Shown here: piece after piece, positions 13,682-24,400 of the stretch
Numbering within the stretch: the first letter of the stretch is position 1
Layout: every line of letters begins with the position of its first letter
From: a virus
Lineage: Duplodnaviria > Caudoviricetes
Reading direction: 5' to 3' (one strand)
IMG/VR virus record: IMGVR_UViG_3300025732_000209
Span: 1 to 28,001 of that record
DNA length: 28,001 bases
Translations under genes and position numbers: made by a program
Notes under the pieces: model-generated
The model's database searches: none
The model's input: only the letters and a program-made list of their open reading frames with translations
What the model was told of the DNA's origin: nothing

Positions 13682-14121
13682 TAATTGGGTATCCCTATTA
13701 TCATTAGGTTTACCCCCACAGTTGCATCTCCGCCTTCATAAAATCTTACTAGACCAGTAACTTTTGTTGTTGTTGGTGGATCAATTACAACAGAAACATT
13801 TTTACCAGCAACCGTTCCAGTAATGTTTACTGGTGTTGCCGTTACAATTGGTGGAAACTTAAAATCAGCATAATCATAATCAAAAGAAACAGTGTCCCCA
13901 GGCTTTACTGTTTGCGTTGTTGTTACTTGCTTATATCCTAAAACTATTTTTGCATTAGACGTTTTTTCTGTTTCTGAAGGTCTTCCAGGAATATCTAATG
14001 TTAAATATTTATAAGTGGTAGATGGAATGCTTGCAGACAAACTATTGATAGCGTCAACCATACTATAAATGTATGTTACATCAAGCGGTTGTCCTCTTTC
14101 TGGTAATGGAATTTTTGCCAT
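13681..14121 (-). CDS. Putative minor tail protein with H-type-lectin-like C-terminal beta sandwich
   Basis: VSF..FKFPPIVTAT..VNLMIIG pattern typical of fibre-tip domains; last gene of the tail block. Confidence 0.55.
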   Translation of the reverse strand: MAKIPLPERGQPLDVTYIYSMVDAINSLSASIPSTTYKYLTLDIPGRPSETEKTSNAKIVLGYKQVTTTQTVKPGDTVSFDYDYADFKFPPIVTATPVNITGTVAGKNVSVVIDPPTTTKVTGLVRFYEGGDATVGVNLMIIGIPN

Positions 14122-14129
14122 AATTAAAT

Positions 14130-14138
14130 ATTATACCA
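14130..14138 (-). promoter_or_regulatory. Extended -10 promoter, possible leaderless transcript
   Basis: TGGTATAAT 8 nt before ATG 14121, no SD. Confidence 0.55.
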
Positions 14139-14564
14139 TTAAATGGTAGTTCCTCCTGTATATATACTAGTTTTATCACTATATGTTTTGATAGAAGATT
14201 TTGGATGAACAGAGACTGAGACGGCAGAAGCACTGCTATTTTTTACAAATGAATATGTATTATTGCTTGAAGATCCAACATATGCATAATCTCCAGCATC
14301 ATATTTTACATAAATATCAAATGCCTGTATCGGTCTTATATTAGACCATCTAACAACAATAAATTCTCCACTTATAGAAACAGAACCCTCTTCCATTTCT
14401 TCTGGTAACTTTATTCCATTTATGTTGTATATTGGTGACCACTCAGACACTCTATTTTTATCTTCAGATATTATTCTGTATCTAACATAATGCTTATTCT
14501 GTGCATCAACACCAGGTAGAGTTTCTTGTGAAATAATAACATTTTTAATTATTTCTGAAGACAC
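14139..14564 (-). CDS. Putative minor tail protein, FN3/Ig-like
   Basis: YVRYRIIS..SEWS and VRW..FDIYVKY beta-rich patterns; TAGTG coupling. Confidence 0.55.
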   Translation of the reverse strand: MSSEIIKNVIISQETLPGVDAQNKHYVRYRIISEDKNRVSEWSPIYNINGIKLPEEMEEGSVSISGEFIVVRWSNIRPIQAFDIYVKYDAGDYAYVGSSSNNTYSFVKNSSASAVSVSVHPKSSIKTYSDKTSIYTGGTTI

Positions 14565-15892
14565 TATACATCCACCCCAAACCTAAACTCTAAATAACTT
14601 GCTTTATTTTCAGACTTTACTATAGTTCTTTTATTGTCTGTTGTTAATCTCGTATAGCCAACAAGACCATATAACGGATTAATTATTGATGTATTCTCAA
14701 GTCTAAGTCCATCTAAAAGAACAAAATATTGATTTGAAGGTATATCATTTTCAATAACAGAACAATATACCTTTATCGTGTCTACGCTTGACCAGTTAAA
14801 TCCGTTGCTGCTTTTAACTAAATCCTGTAATTGTTTTTTTATAACAAAATATCTATTATTAGAAAAATCTAAACTTTCATCAACAACAAATCTAGCCCAT
14901 TCTCCACTTCCAAAAACAGTAGAATTAGAAAACTCTATGATAATTTTAACGGCATCTGGAACATATGAGTTAGAATCAAATTTATTTATTACTGAGAATG
15001 CAAGCCTTAATTCGTCTGTAGGAGTATTTTGTTTTAGATTAACATTTTCTCCAGTCAAAACAAGATGATTTCCTGGAGCAGTAACTGGAACTTGCTGTCC
15101 ATCTTCTTCTATAATCTCGCAACTATCGCCAGCAAACGCTAAGGCTTTATTTAAAAATCTTGGTCTTTCATTTCTTATAGTACGAGCATTACTTGCTAAA
15201 ACTCTGTTATCTGCATTAGTAGAAAATATTTTATGTGTGACTGTTATGTTATTACTTTTTTCATCATTTAGTCCATCATTTCCAGCGTCAAGCGGTGTGA
15301 GAACTTCACTAATTGCAGTTTGATCTGGACCTACTGTCCAGTTTTTATTAGTATCAAAAGAAAAAATTGTTTTACTATCATAAACTCCAGCATTCGGATT
15401 TGCTTTTGCTGACCAAACACCTATTTCTGATATCTCATATCTTTCTTCTGTCGGGACTTCTGCTGTTAAAACTATTTTAGAAACACCATCTTGATTAACA
15501 TATCCCTTTGATGTTACTGGAACTCTTATCATCTCAAAATCTAAATTTTCTTTATTAGAAAAATCAAAATATATTGTTCCAGTAATTTCTTGCTGGGATA
15601 TTGCATTTCCAGAATATTCAAATTCTAATATATTTTCATTAATGTCAACAATATTTTTTGTTCCGTCTATAGAACTTATATTTAATTTAACATATACAGA
15701 ATCTCCAATTTCAAATTCATGATCTGGGCATGTTAAATATAATTTTGTAGGTGTAGCCAAAATGTCTGTAATGTTAAAACTTAAAGATGATATTGGCTTT
15801 GTACCGCAACCTATGGCGATATAGGAGGCATAAGATGTTGTCTGCCCAACCAGGTACTTTGATATTATGTTTTTGCCAATATTAGTTATCAT
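14564..15892 (-). CDS. Minor tail protein: tail-collar-like N-terminus, carbohydrate-binding-like C-terminus
   Basis: MITNIGK..YIAIGCG..ISEIGVW resembles tail-collar fibre N-domains; FNWSSVDTI..LDGLRL resembles galactose-binding-fold modules. Confidence 0.6.
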   Translation of the reverse strand: MITNIGKNIISKYLVGQTTSYASYIAIGCGTKPISSLSFNITDILATPTKLYLTCPDHEFEIGDSVYVKLNISSIDGTKNIVDINENILEFEYSGNAISQQEITGTIYFDFSNKENLDFEMIRVPVTSKGYVNQDGVSKIVLTAEVPTEERYEISEIGVWSAKANPNAGVYDSKTIFSFDTNKNWTVGPDQTAISEVLTPLDAGNDGLNDEKSNNITVTHKIFSTNADNRVLASNARTIRNERPRFLNKALAFAGDSCEIIEEDGQQVPVTAPGNHLVLTGENVNLKQNTPTDELRLAFSVINKFDSNSYVPDAVKIIIEFSNSTVFGSGEWARFVVDESLDFSNNRYFVIKKQLQDLVKSSNGFNWSSVDTIKVYCSVIENDIPSNQYFVLLDGLRLENTSIINPLYGLVGYTRLTTDNKRTIVKSENKASYLEFRFGVDV

Positions 15893-16419
15893 GATATATC
15901 CTCAGTATATATTGTACCATCTGACAGGTCTATGGAGTTAAAAATCTGAACCTCTACCTGCTCTGATTTTTCCATATTTGTAACATTTATAACAAGGCTT
16001 CCAGTTATTGGGTCTATATAGACTATGTTGCAGTTAGGGCTTTTTACTTCAGACTCATAGTCATAATCATACCCCGTACCGCATTGAGGTATCTTTTTTG
16101 ATAGTTGTATTGGGAAGTTTTTAAAATAGTCTAATGATGCGTCTTGCAATTTTAATATGTTATTTGGATTCCATGTAAAATAGAGCATGCTTATATTTTT
16201 AATTGGCTGATACAAAACATCAATGCCATTAATGAGGTCGTGTCTTGAAATATTTATTAACTCTTGGCCACCAATATCCTCAAAAACAAGATCAGTCATT
16301 ATCTCTACTGGTATTGCTATTTCATTAAATATTTGAAGATCTGGGGTGGCCTGCTTTACTGCAGTTGATGCTGTTGTAGAAGCCTGTGGAGTTGGTGTGT
16401 TTGGTGTTGAAGATGTCAT
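15889..16419 (-). CDS. Putative minor tail/baseplate protein
   Basis: 176 aa with ATGA overlaps at both ends, within the tail block. Confidence 0.6.
   Translation of the reverse strand: MTSSTPNTPTPQASTTASTAVKQATPDLQIFNEIAIPVEIMTDLVFEDIGGQELINISRHDLINGIDVLYQPIKNISMLYFTWNPNNILKLQDASLDYFKNFPIQLSKKIPQCGTGYDYDYESEVKSPNCNIVYIDPITGSLVINVTNMEKSEQVEVQIFNSIDLSDGTIYTEDIS
15911..15919 (-). promoter_or_regulatory. Extended -10 candidate
   Basis: TGGTACAAT followed by SD GAGGA and ATG 15892. Confidence 0.4.
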
Positions 16420-19400
16420 TGCTCTACCTGAGATAAGTATACAGTCATCTCTGGTCCTCCCGTAGTTTTAGAATATTCTATATTATAGACTACAAATCTT
16501 GTTATACCGCCGACAACATCTATTCCATTTTTAACACAATCTACAGAAACAATGTCTCCTAGTTGAATCATAGGGTTTGCAAATATTTTTAGACCTATGT
16601 TTTGTCTTGGTTTCATTACACGGTCAACAAACCATTCCATCATGGTGGTTGCTGAGTCTGCCGACTGAATATATACTGGACTGATATTAAATTCTTTATT
16701 TCCATATGTCATTCTATTTAATTTTATATCTTCAAAATTTTTCTTTAATTTAAACGGAGACCTAACTAATGAATCTCCAGATATTTCTTGATTTGAAAGA
16801 TCCATATTTTTATTAAAATATTCATCAACACTTAGAACCGATGGATTTTGCTGTGTAAAAGTAATTCCCTGTATTCTTAAATAATTTCCAGATCCAGAGT
16901 CTAGTGTCAATGCTGTATCAGTTGAATTAAAAATTAAGAACTCAGCACCATAAGATCCTGCACGGAATCCAGAAACAGTATAACCTTTAACTCTATTAAA
17001 GGTAGGTGATAGTTTTGCATATAATGCTGGATATGCTTTGTCATATCTAATATTAAAATATGATGCTTCACGCATAATAGTTCCAAATTCATCAAAATAC
17101 ATATCGTATTCTGGAATTTGATTAGGGGATATACCAGCAAGATAAGTTGACTTAATGGCACCAGACATTGCATACTTTCTGAATGCCTCATTATTATCAA
17201 CTTCGTCATCTCCAAAAACAGAATTCATTGGTGTGTCTAATTTTGTTACTGTTGATTGACTATAGTTGTTAGTAACTGCATATATATTTTCAAACATACA
17301 TGTTGCTGACCCTCTTACAAATAAGCACATATTATTATACTTTGGAAGAGGGTTAACATCGTCAACTACCTTTAATAGTTTTCCATTAATATATAAGTAA
17401 AACCTTCTTACATTTGCTATATCTTTATACTCAACAGATAGATCATAAACGGTAGGAGTCTTTTCATTTACCATCCTATACTGTCCAGTGAACTTTCCAT
17501 CATCAACAACAATTTGTCCCAGACTTTCCCAAAGTTTTACTGGAACAGCACTACTACTAGCAGAATCTTTTTTAATTTTATAAAAAATTATATTGTTAAC
17601 ATTTTTTATATCTTTAAGACTTTGTGTTCCAAGCGCACATATTTCAAAATAGTAACCGACATTTGTATCTGGATTTACCATAACTCCAATACCGCCAGAG
17701 CCACCAGATATATTAATATTTTTATCTGGAGTAGTACCAGGGATGGTATAAAGATATGACGCACCGTTTGGTGTCTGAGCCTGTCCAGTTTCTAATCTTC
17801 CCACAATTCTCATTCTAGTTCCAAAATGCACATACTTGCTATCTAATGGCTTATAGACATAACTCAAAAAGTCTCTTGGTGTTTCTGTTGTATTAAATTT
17901 TGGACCTTGAAAAACAAGTGCAGAAGATTGGATTGTTCCAGACTGTGTTGATAATTTTTGTAAATCAGTTTCTTTTACATTTGTAGTAGATAAAAAGTTT
18001 TTAATAACTCCAGATCTTACAGATTTTTTTGCCTGGTCATTATTAATACCAGCAGGACCTACTACAGTTGGTATTTCAGTTTTACTGCTATCAAAAATAT
18101 ATTCGGATTTCATACTACATCCACGGACGTTTGTATTATCTGCCCAATATGGATTAAGTCCAGCAAAATGATCTACTGGTGTTGTCCCAAACTGTCCACG
18201 GCCATGCTTTGCAACCGTACCGTTTTTTAATTTTATAACTCCATTTATTTCTTCATAATTTGGTTCGCAATAAATTCTAACTCTACCAGTGGGATATATT
18301 TTTCCATTGAATGGCAACTTTGAAAAATATTCAGAATATTCTTCTGTGCTGTTAATCCAAACATCGCCTACTCCAGCAACATTGTATTCTACTGCATCAA
18401 ACTTAATAATTTCTCCATTTGCATAAAACAAGCCATTGTATCTTGTTATCCAATATACACCTTCTCCTAAACTAATAATATTATTTTTAATTTGTCTATT
18501 GCTTACATATGGAACATCTTTGGTCAAATCAAAGTTTAATGGTATTGCACATAACACATAGTTTGATTGATTGTTTATTTCACCGTTAATTGATTTTGTA
18601 TTTTGAGTCCCGCCAACTTCCCATAAAAGAACTGGCTTGTATATCCAGGTTTTATCTTGATCAATCATTGTTGCTTGTTTAATTGAGCCGTATGACTTTT
18701 GGATATATCTAGATGTATAATTAATTTTCCCACCATTAAAAATATTAGTGGACTGTGAACTAACATTAATAATATTTGCTAGTTTATCTGATATTCTTTT
18801 ATTCTTTATTCTTTCATCTCTAACAGAATCTTCAGAACCCAATAACTCTAAGTCAGTTGTTCTTTCTGTAGACTTTGGTAAAATATAAGACTTACTCATA
18901 ACCACAAAATTATTATATTCATCAAAAAACATTGCACATTGAGATGAGACCGCAATATCTTGTAAAACCTGAGCAACGCTTTGATCTGGTCCTACAAAAA
19001 AGTATGGGATAAGTTGTTCAGACTCTCCTTCATTTCTTTTAAATACATAATTACTAAAACCAATATAATCCAATATTGTTGATACAGCAGTGCTAATAGA
19101 AACATTTGTCATTAGAAGTTGTGGAGCAGTCAAACTATCAAAATAAAAATATAAATCTTTTAAAGATAAAGAAACATGCTTATTTTCTTCTTTGCTATCT
19201 GGTAAGTTTTCTGTATACAATGTTTTAATTGGAACATAATAGTCATACTTTATTCCATTGCTTGATTGCAATACTCCTACTATTATCTCATAAATCTTTA
19301 TTTGTATATTTTTATTTAAATAATTATTAATAATACTATTTTTGTTATTAATATTAAAGGAATCATCGTAGTCAAATAATTCTAAAGAACCGACTGATGC

Positions 19401-20795
19401 CAGCAATTGGCTAACTGGTAGTCCAGCAACGCCTAAGTCTGATGCTGATTTTGTAACATTAAAGGACACAGTTCTATCTGTTAAATTTGCAACAAGTCTT
19501 GGCGATAGTTCGATTAAATCAAAAATAGAATTTTTATTATGCATTGTATCTACAACAATTCTTATTCCAGAAATAAAATCAACTTCACGGTATACTGTTT
19601 GTCCAAGTCCACTATTAATAAATTTTGGAATGTCAACAAATTTAGTTACAAAGTTAGTCAAACGATCAACAGTTTCTTCTTCTAAATACCATCCATACTC
19701 TGGTATAAACTCTTCATAATCATTAATATCATCAATCCAGATATAGTACTTTCCCTGCTCATTTTCATTTTCAATAACCAAATATGCATATCCGTTTACA
19801 TTTTTTTCTGGTAATAATGTTGAACTTGATAGTGTTTCTGCATAAATAAAGATATCTCTATATTTTTCTGGAACCTTTAAGCCGTATGCAATCTCTACAT
19901 ATCCATCACTTTTAATAATATCTGAGCCGTCTTTTCTTTTTGATGTTGATGTAAATGATATTATATCTGTCCAGTTATTATTTTTAAGTACTTGAATCTT
20001 CCACTTTTTCGGTGTTTGTCTATTGGTGTTTCCATAAAATGGATCTGAAAATGCTGTTGAGTTATTTGAGAATGTACCTAAATCTATTGAGCCTATATGT
20101 GTTTGTATTTTTGTCACAATTCTATTAACTGGAACATTATTTTCATAAACAACAAATGGTGCAGTGTCACTAATAAAATTATCACCATTGATTGATTGAG
20201 AAACACCATACTCTGTAGTTGAAACCATCTCTCCGTCTTTTTGTGTTCCTTCATTGTCTACATAGGTTGGTTTGGCGCTGTAGATAACTTCAGTTCCATA
20301 TTGATGCTTGTACAGTGATTCTGTTCTTATAGATGTCCAATATTTGAATAAATCATTTTTATCTGGCATGTAATATCTTGGACGCTTTGCCATATTAATA
20401 TTTGGATGATGCAAATATGTTTTGTCTATATACCGTGCTTTATTTATTCCTGATCTTGGCCTAAATGGCTTAAAGCAATCCTCTAAAGAAAAAAGTAAAT
20501 TATTTTTTTTATTCTTTTTTAAAAATAAAAACGGTTGACCTTCATCATCAAATGTTCCGTCTATTATTATGTCTGCATCAGTTGCATTTGTATAATAATA
20601 TCCATTATCGTTAATATCAAAAGAGTTTGGAATATTTTTATAAAGACTATTTGTTTCTGTAGGTCTATATCTATAGTTTCCTATTTTTAAAATATTTGTT
20701 GGAATATTCATGTTCCATTCTGCTATTACGGCAGATTGAGTTGAAACAGAAGAAGACTCATATAAATGCTTTTTAAGATCATCAGAATCAAACAT
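16416..20795 (-). CDS. Large tail tip / baseplate hub protein (about 1459 aa)
   Basis: Second gene after the tape measure; hub-like motifs QVLQDIA..MFFDEYNNF and NPMIQLGDIV; start moved to ATG 20795 (TAATG coupling, SD GAGG). Confidence 0.72.
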   Translation of the reverse strand: MFDSDDLKKHLYESSSVSTQSAVIAEWNMNIPTNILKIGNYRYRPTETNSLYKNIPNSFDINDNGYYYTNATDADIIIDGTFDDEGQPFLFLKKNKKNNLLFSLEDCFKPFRPRSGINKARYIDKTYLHHPNINMAKRPRYYMPDKNDLFKYWTSIRTESLYKHQYGTEVIYSAKPTYVDNEGTQKDGEMVSTTEYGVSQSINGDNFISDTAPFVVYENNVPVNRIVTKIQTHIGSIDLGTFSNNSTAFSDPFYGNTNRQTPKKWKIQVLKNNNWTDIISFTSTSKRKDGSDIIKSDGYVEIAYGLKVPEKYRDIFIYAETLSSSTLLPEKNVNGYAYLVIENENEQGKYYIWIDDINDYEEFIPEYGWYLEEETVDRLTNFVTKFVDIPKFINSGLGQTVYREVDFISGIRIVVDTMHNKNSIFDLIELSPRLVANLTDRTVSFNVTKSASDLGVAGLPVSQLLASVGSLELFDYDDSFNINNKNSIINNYLNKNIQIKIYEIIVGVLQSSNGIKYDYYVPIKTLYTENLPDSKEENKHVSLSLKDLYFYFDSLTAPQLLMTNVSISTAVSTILDYIGFSNYVFKRNEGESEQLIPYFFVGPDQSVAQVLQDIAVSSQCAMFFDEYNNFVVMSKSYILPKSTERTTDLELLGSEDSVRDERIKNKRISDKLANIINVSSQSTNIFNGGKINYTSRYIQKSYGSIKQATMIDQDKTWIYKPVLLWEVGGTQNTKSINGEINNQSNYVLCAIPLNFDLTKDVPYVSNRQIKNNIISLGEGVYWITRYNGLFYANGEIIKFDAVEYNVAGVGDVWINSTEEYSEYFSKLPFNGKIYPTGRVRIYCEPNYEEINGVIKLKNGTVAKHGRGQFGTTPVDHFAGLNPYWADNTNVRGCSMKSEYIFDSSKTEIPTVVGPAGINNDQAKKSVRSGVIKNFLSTTNVKETDLQKLSTQSGTIQSSALVFQGPKFNTTETPRDFLSYVYKPLDSKYVHFGTRMRIVGRLETGQAQTPNGASYLYTIPGTTPDKNINISGGSGGIGVMVNPDTNVGYYFEICALGTQSLKDIKNVNNIIFYKIKKDSASSSAVPVKLWESLGQIVVDDGKFTGQYRMVNEKTPTVYDLSVEYKDIANVRRFYLYINGKLLKVVDDVNPLPKYNNMCLFVRGSATCMFENIYAVTNNYSQSTVTKLDTPMNSVFGDDEVDNNEAFRKYAMSGAIKSTYLAGISPNQIPEYDMYFDEFGTIMREASYFNIRYDKAYPALYAKLSPTFNRVKGYTVSGFRAGSYGAEFLIFNSTDTALTLDSGSGNYLRIQGITFTQQNPSVLSVDEYFNKNMDLSNQEISGDSLVRSPFKLKKNFEDIKLNRMTYGNKEFNISPVYIQSADSATTMMEWFVDRVMKPRQNIGLKIFANPMIQLGDIVSVDCVKNGIDVVGGITRFVVYNIEYSKTTGGPEMTVYLSQVEQ

Positions 20796-21442
20796 TATGC
20801 CTCTTCCAACGATAAAGTAACATTCCACAAATCAAAATATTGTCCTCTTTTAACTACATCATAATTAAAACTTGAAAAAAATACTTCAATTACTTCATTA
20901 TATTGGTTAAGGTGTGCATACGAAGCATCATTGTCTCCAAAATTTCTATAATTATCATATGCCAAAAACATCCAAAAAGATCCCTGATGGTTGTTATACC
21001 AATTCAATAGTTCGTTTCCTCCAGCACCGCCATCCACCGTGTATGATGCTTCTTGTCTGTTTGGCAAGCCAGTAACACCGTCGTACTCAGAAACTCCATT
21101 AGCATCAAAATCTGGACGCAATGCATATGCTCTTGATGGAAGGTTATCCCAATTCATTGATATGTTTAGTTTATCGGCAATATGATAAGACCTCATTCTG
21201 CCATTAATCATTCTTTCCTTTTTTTCAATTCTTGTGTTAGAAAAATTAAGACTCTTTCTATTATGATCAGATAAAATTAAAAACTCATCTGATAGAGAAT
21301 CTTCTCCATCATTATATGCGCCTATCTCAAGTCCTCTTGGTACATAAAGTCCGTCAACAAGGGTTCCTGGATTATTTGACCACAATATTGATTGTGCTCT
21401 ATGGTATTTTTTACGACCAGACATGTATAATTCTGTAGCCAT
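20795..21442 (-). CDS. Putative distal tail protein (Dit-like)
   Basis: Immediately after the tape measure; RMINGRMRSY and terminal WNVTLSLEEA are typical of Dit-like proteins; SD AGGAG. Confidence 0.65.
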   Translation of the reverse strand: MATELYMSGRKKYHRAQSILWSNNPGTLVDGLYVPRGLEIGAYNDGEDSLSDEFLILSDHNRKSLNFSNTRIEKKERMINGRMRSYHIADKLNISMNWDNLPSRAYALRPDFDANGVSEYDGVTGLPNRQEASYTVDGGAGGNELLNWYNNHQGSFWMFLAYDNYRNFGDNDASYAHLNQYNEVIEVFFSSFNYDVVKRGQYFDLWNVTLSLEEA

Positions 21443-24400
21443 TATATTCTAACTCCTGTAATTCTTTGAGAATCTATTCTCTTTAATTGTACCATTACTG
21501 CATTTGCAATCTCATCTGGCTTTGCATCAGACTTAACATTAACATTAATGCTGTAATTATATACTGACTCTCCAATTGAATCGCCATTATTAATTGCTTT
21601 CATCTTATCTAAGCCGTAAGAGTTGACAGCATACCTACTCATTATAAATTCACCTGGGGTTAATAATGCTGGTACAGTATCTGTACCTATTGGCTTAATT
21701 CTACCGCCATTGGCGTACCCTCGAATAATTAATCCGCCAGAAGATCTGTCATTAATTCTATATCCAGTATATGTTGGTTTTGGTGTTGGGTTCGCTGCAG
21801 CCCTCATTGCAGCAATTTTTGTTTGTTCATCTACAATAGGTGCCTTAGTAGCATTACCACCATACAGATTTGTTCCATACTTGCTATCTGCTGCAGCAAG
21901 TGCTCTATCCATTTGAGCATCTGTTACATAATTTCTTCCGCTTGCAGTCTTGGCATCTGCATTTATTTTATTTACATATGCCTGAGCATTAGCAAGGTTT
22001 GTTGCAGCGTCTACCTTATCTTTTGCTTCCGCATCATTCTTTTTTGCTGTGTCTAATATTTCTTCTGCCTGCTTAACAATTGGAGAAACTGCAGGAGAAG
22101 ACATTGATGAGTATGATTGAATTTTTGCTAGGGTTGCATCCCATGCTGAATTTATTGCATTTACTGCTGCTAAAAGACCAGCAAGTGCTGCACCAAAATT
22201 TTGCGCTGCCAATGCAGATGCATCAATCTTTGCCTTAACTCTTTCCCATTCATCTCTATTCATTCCAAGAACGGTTATTTGTTCTACAAGTGCGTCTATC
22301 TGATCTTGCAATAATTGATTCTCATATGTCAGATCATCAATTTTTCTTTCTAATGGCTCTAGTTGTTTTTCTTGTATATCATAAATCTCATCTTCTTTTT
22401 TACGTATTTCTAATAATTTTGCCTCACGCAATTCTTCAAGTTTATAAATTTCATCTTCAAGTCTAAGCATTTCTGCTTTAATAGCAGTTCTTTCTGGACT
22501 AGTTTCAATCCTGTACAACTCTTGCTGTATCTGATATTGTCTTTCTTGAATTTGCTCTTGTGTCAAACCACTTTCTGGCCCCACTAATGCATTAAGTTCG
22601 TTGGTTCTTGATTGTTCAAGCGCAGCCATTGCTTGATCTTGGAACATTCCAGATGCATCGGCACGACTTTGTTGTACTGCAGCAGCAGCAGCAGATATAT
22701 CTCCTTCAGTAATTGCATCTGCAAGTGTAAGTTGATTCTGTTGCTGTTTGGTTATTTGATCATTTATTTCTGCAACTTTTCTTAAAGATTCTGCCTGCTT
22801 ATCATATTTTTCATTAATAGCATCTGACTGATGAGATATTACTTGTAAATCATTAGAAAGTTTATTTGACTCTTGATTTAATTGCTCCATGTATCTATTA
22901 CTGAGTTTAAAGTCAAGATTCATCTTCTTTCCGCCGATTTCGTACTCTCCACCGACTTCTAAGGTTCTATTAAAATCGCTAATCTTTTCATTCATATCCT
23001 CAATAGGACGAGTATAATTAATTTCAATTTCTCTTTGCATATCAGATATTTCTTCATTAATATCTTCAATTTGTTTTCTGAGTGCTCTTGCTGCATTTTC
23101 TGCAGCCTTAATTTCTTTTGTATTGGCCTTCATCTTATCAACCATCGCTGTGCTTCTTGGATCAGCACCAGTTCTGATTAATCTTTCTTGAATATCAAAC
23201 ATCTGATCGACTATATCTCTGCCCTCTGCTGCTGCTCCAGCGAAGTCACCCTTGTTCATCTTTGTCTGTATCTCGATAACTTTTCTTGCAGGAATAGAAT
23301 TTAGATAGTCTGCAATTTCTTTTGCATCAATTTTTCCATCTTTTAGATCTTCAATTAATACCTTTGCTAATTGTGGGTCATTTAAAACTTCATCAATTTG
23401 TTCTACAGACATTCCAGTTGCCTTTAATGATGATGCAAGTTGTGGCATTTGTTGTAATAACTTAAATTCTTCATTTTTATTAATCATGTCATTAATAACT
23501 TTTTGGCGTTCAAGAGCACTATTTGCTTCTTTAATATCTTTGACAAATTGTTTCATTTCAGTTGATCCAGTTTTACCAACTGCTCCTGCTGCAACAGCAG
23601 AGGCTACTGCTTGATCTTCTACAACTGCAAGCGCCTCTGTTGCACTCATTCCAGATGCCACTAATTGATTAAATGCTGTATTTTGATCCTTAATATCTTG
23701 AACTGTTTCCTTTTGAGCCAACTGGTACTCTCCAGCCTGTGCTTCTCTGTATGTTTGCATAATTGCCTGTCCAGTTTTGGTTAGGCCAGTTATGTTTGAT
23801 TTTGTCTTTGGCTTTCCTTCTGCAAACTTAAATATTGCCTTATCACCCTTAAGGTTTGCTAATTTGCTAAAGTCTTCAGATGACATACCCATAATCATGT
23901 CTCTAAATTCCTTTGGAACTTTCATCTTTAACATTCTTTGCTGCAAACCATCAAATATGGTAAACATCTTTGATGCATCCTTTTGAGCCTTTTTACTTGT
24001 AAATGCTGCAATCATTGACTGTAGTGGCTTTGTTGCATCGAATGCGCCGTCACGAACATTTTTAATTCTCATTGCAAGAGAGTCTAAGAAATCTAATGGA
24101 TTATTTCCTTTACCCGCATCCTTTGGACCTGCTGGAGGAATATTAGCCTTAATAGTTTCAATGCTTCCGTATTTTGCCTCTGTCTGCTGATTTGCTATCT
24201 TAGCAGCCTGAGTTGGATCGTTAAGGGTTCCAGCAGTGTAATATTCAAATCTTGTCTTATAAACATCTTCATACTCTTTAGAACCTTTAGCCCCAGCACC
24301 CAGTGCTTCTAGTTCTGCCTGCTTTGTTGCCCAGGCTCTTCTAGCATCTTCATTTTCAAAATGAATTAAATTATCATAAAGTGCTGTATATGTTTGCAGT

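Noticed and set aside
20796-20828. Track start for the 1470 aa ORF
   Set aside because: ATG 20795 has TAATG coupling and an SD; the extension only overlaps the upstream gene.
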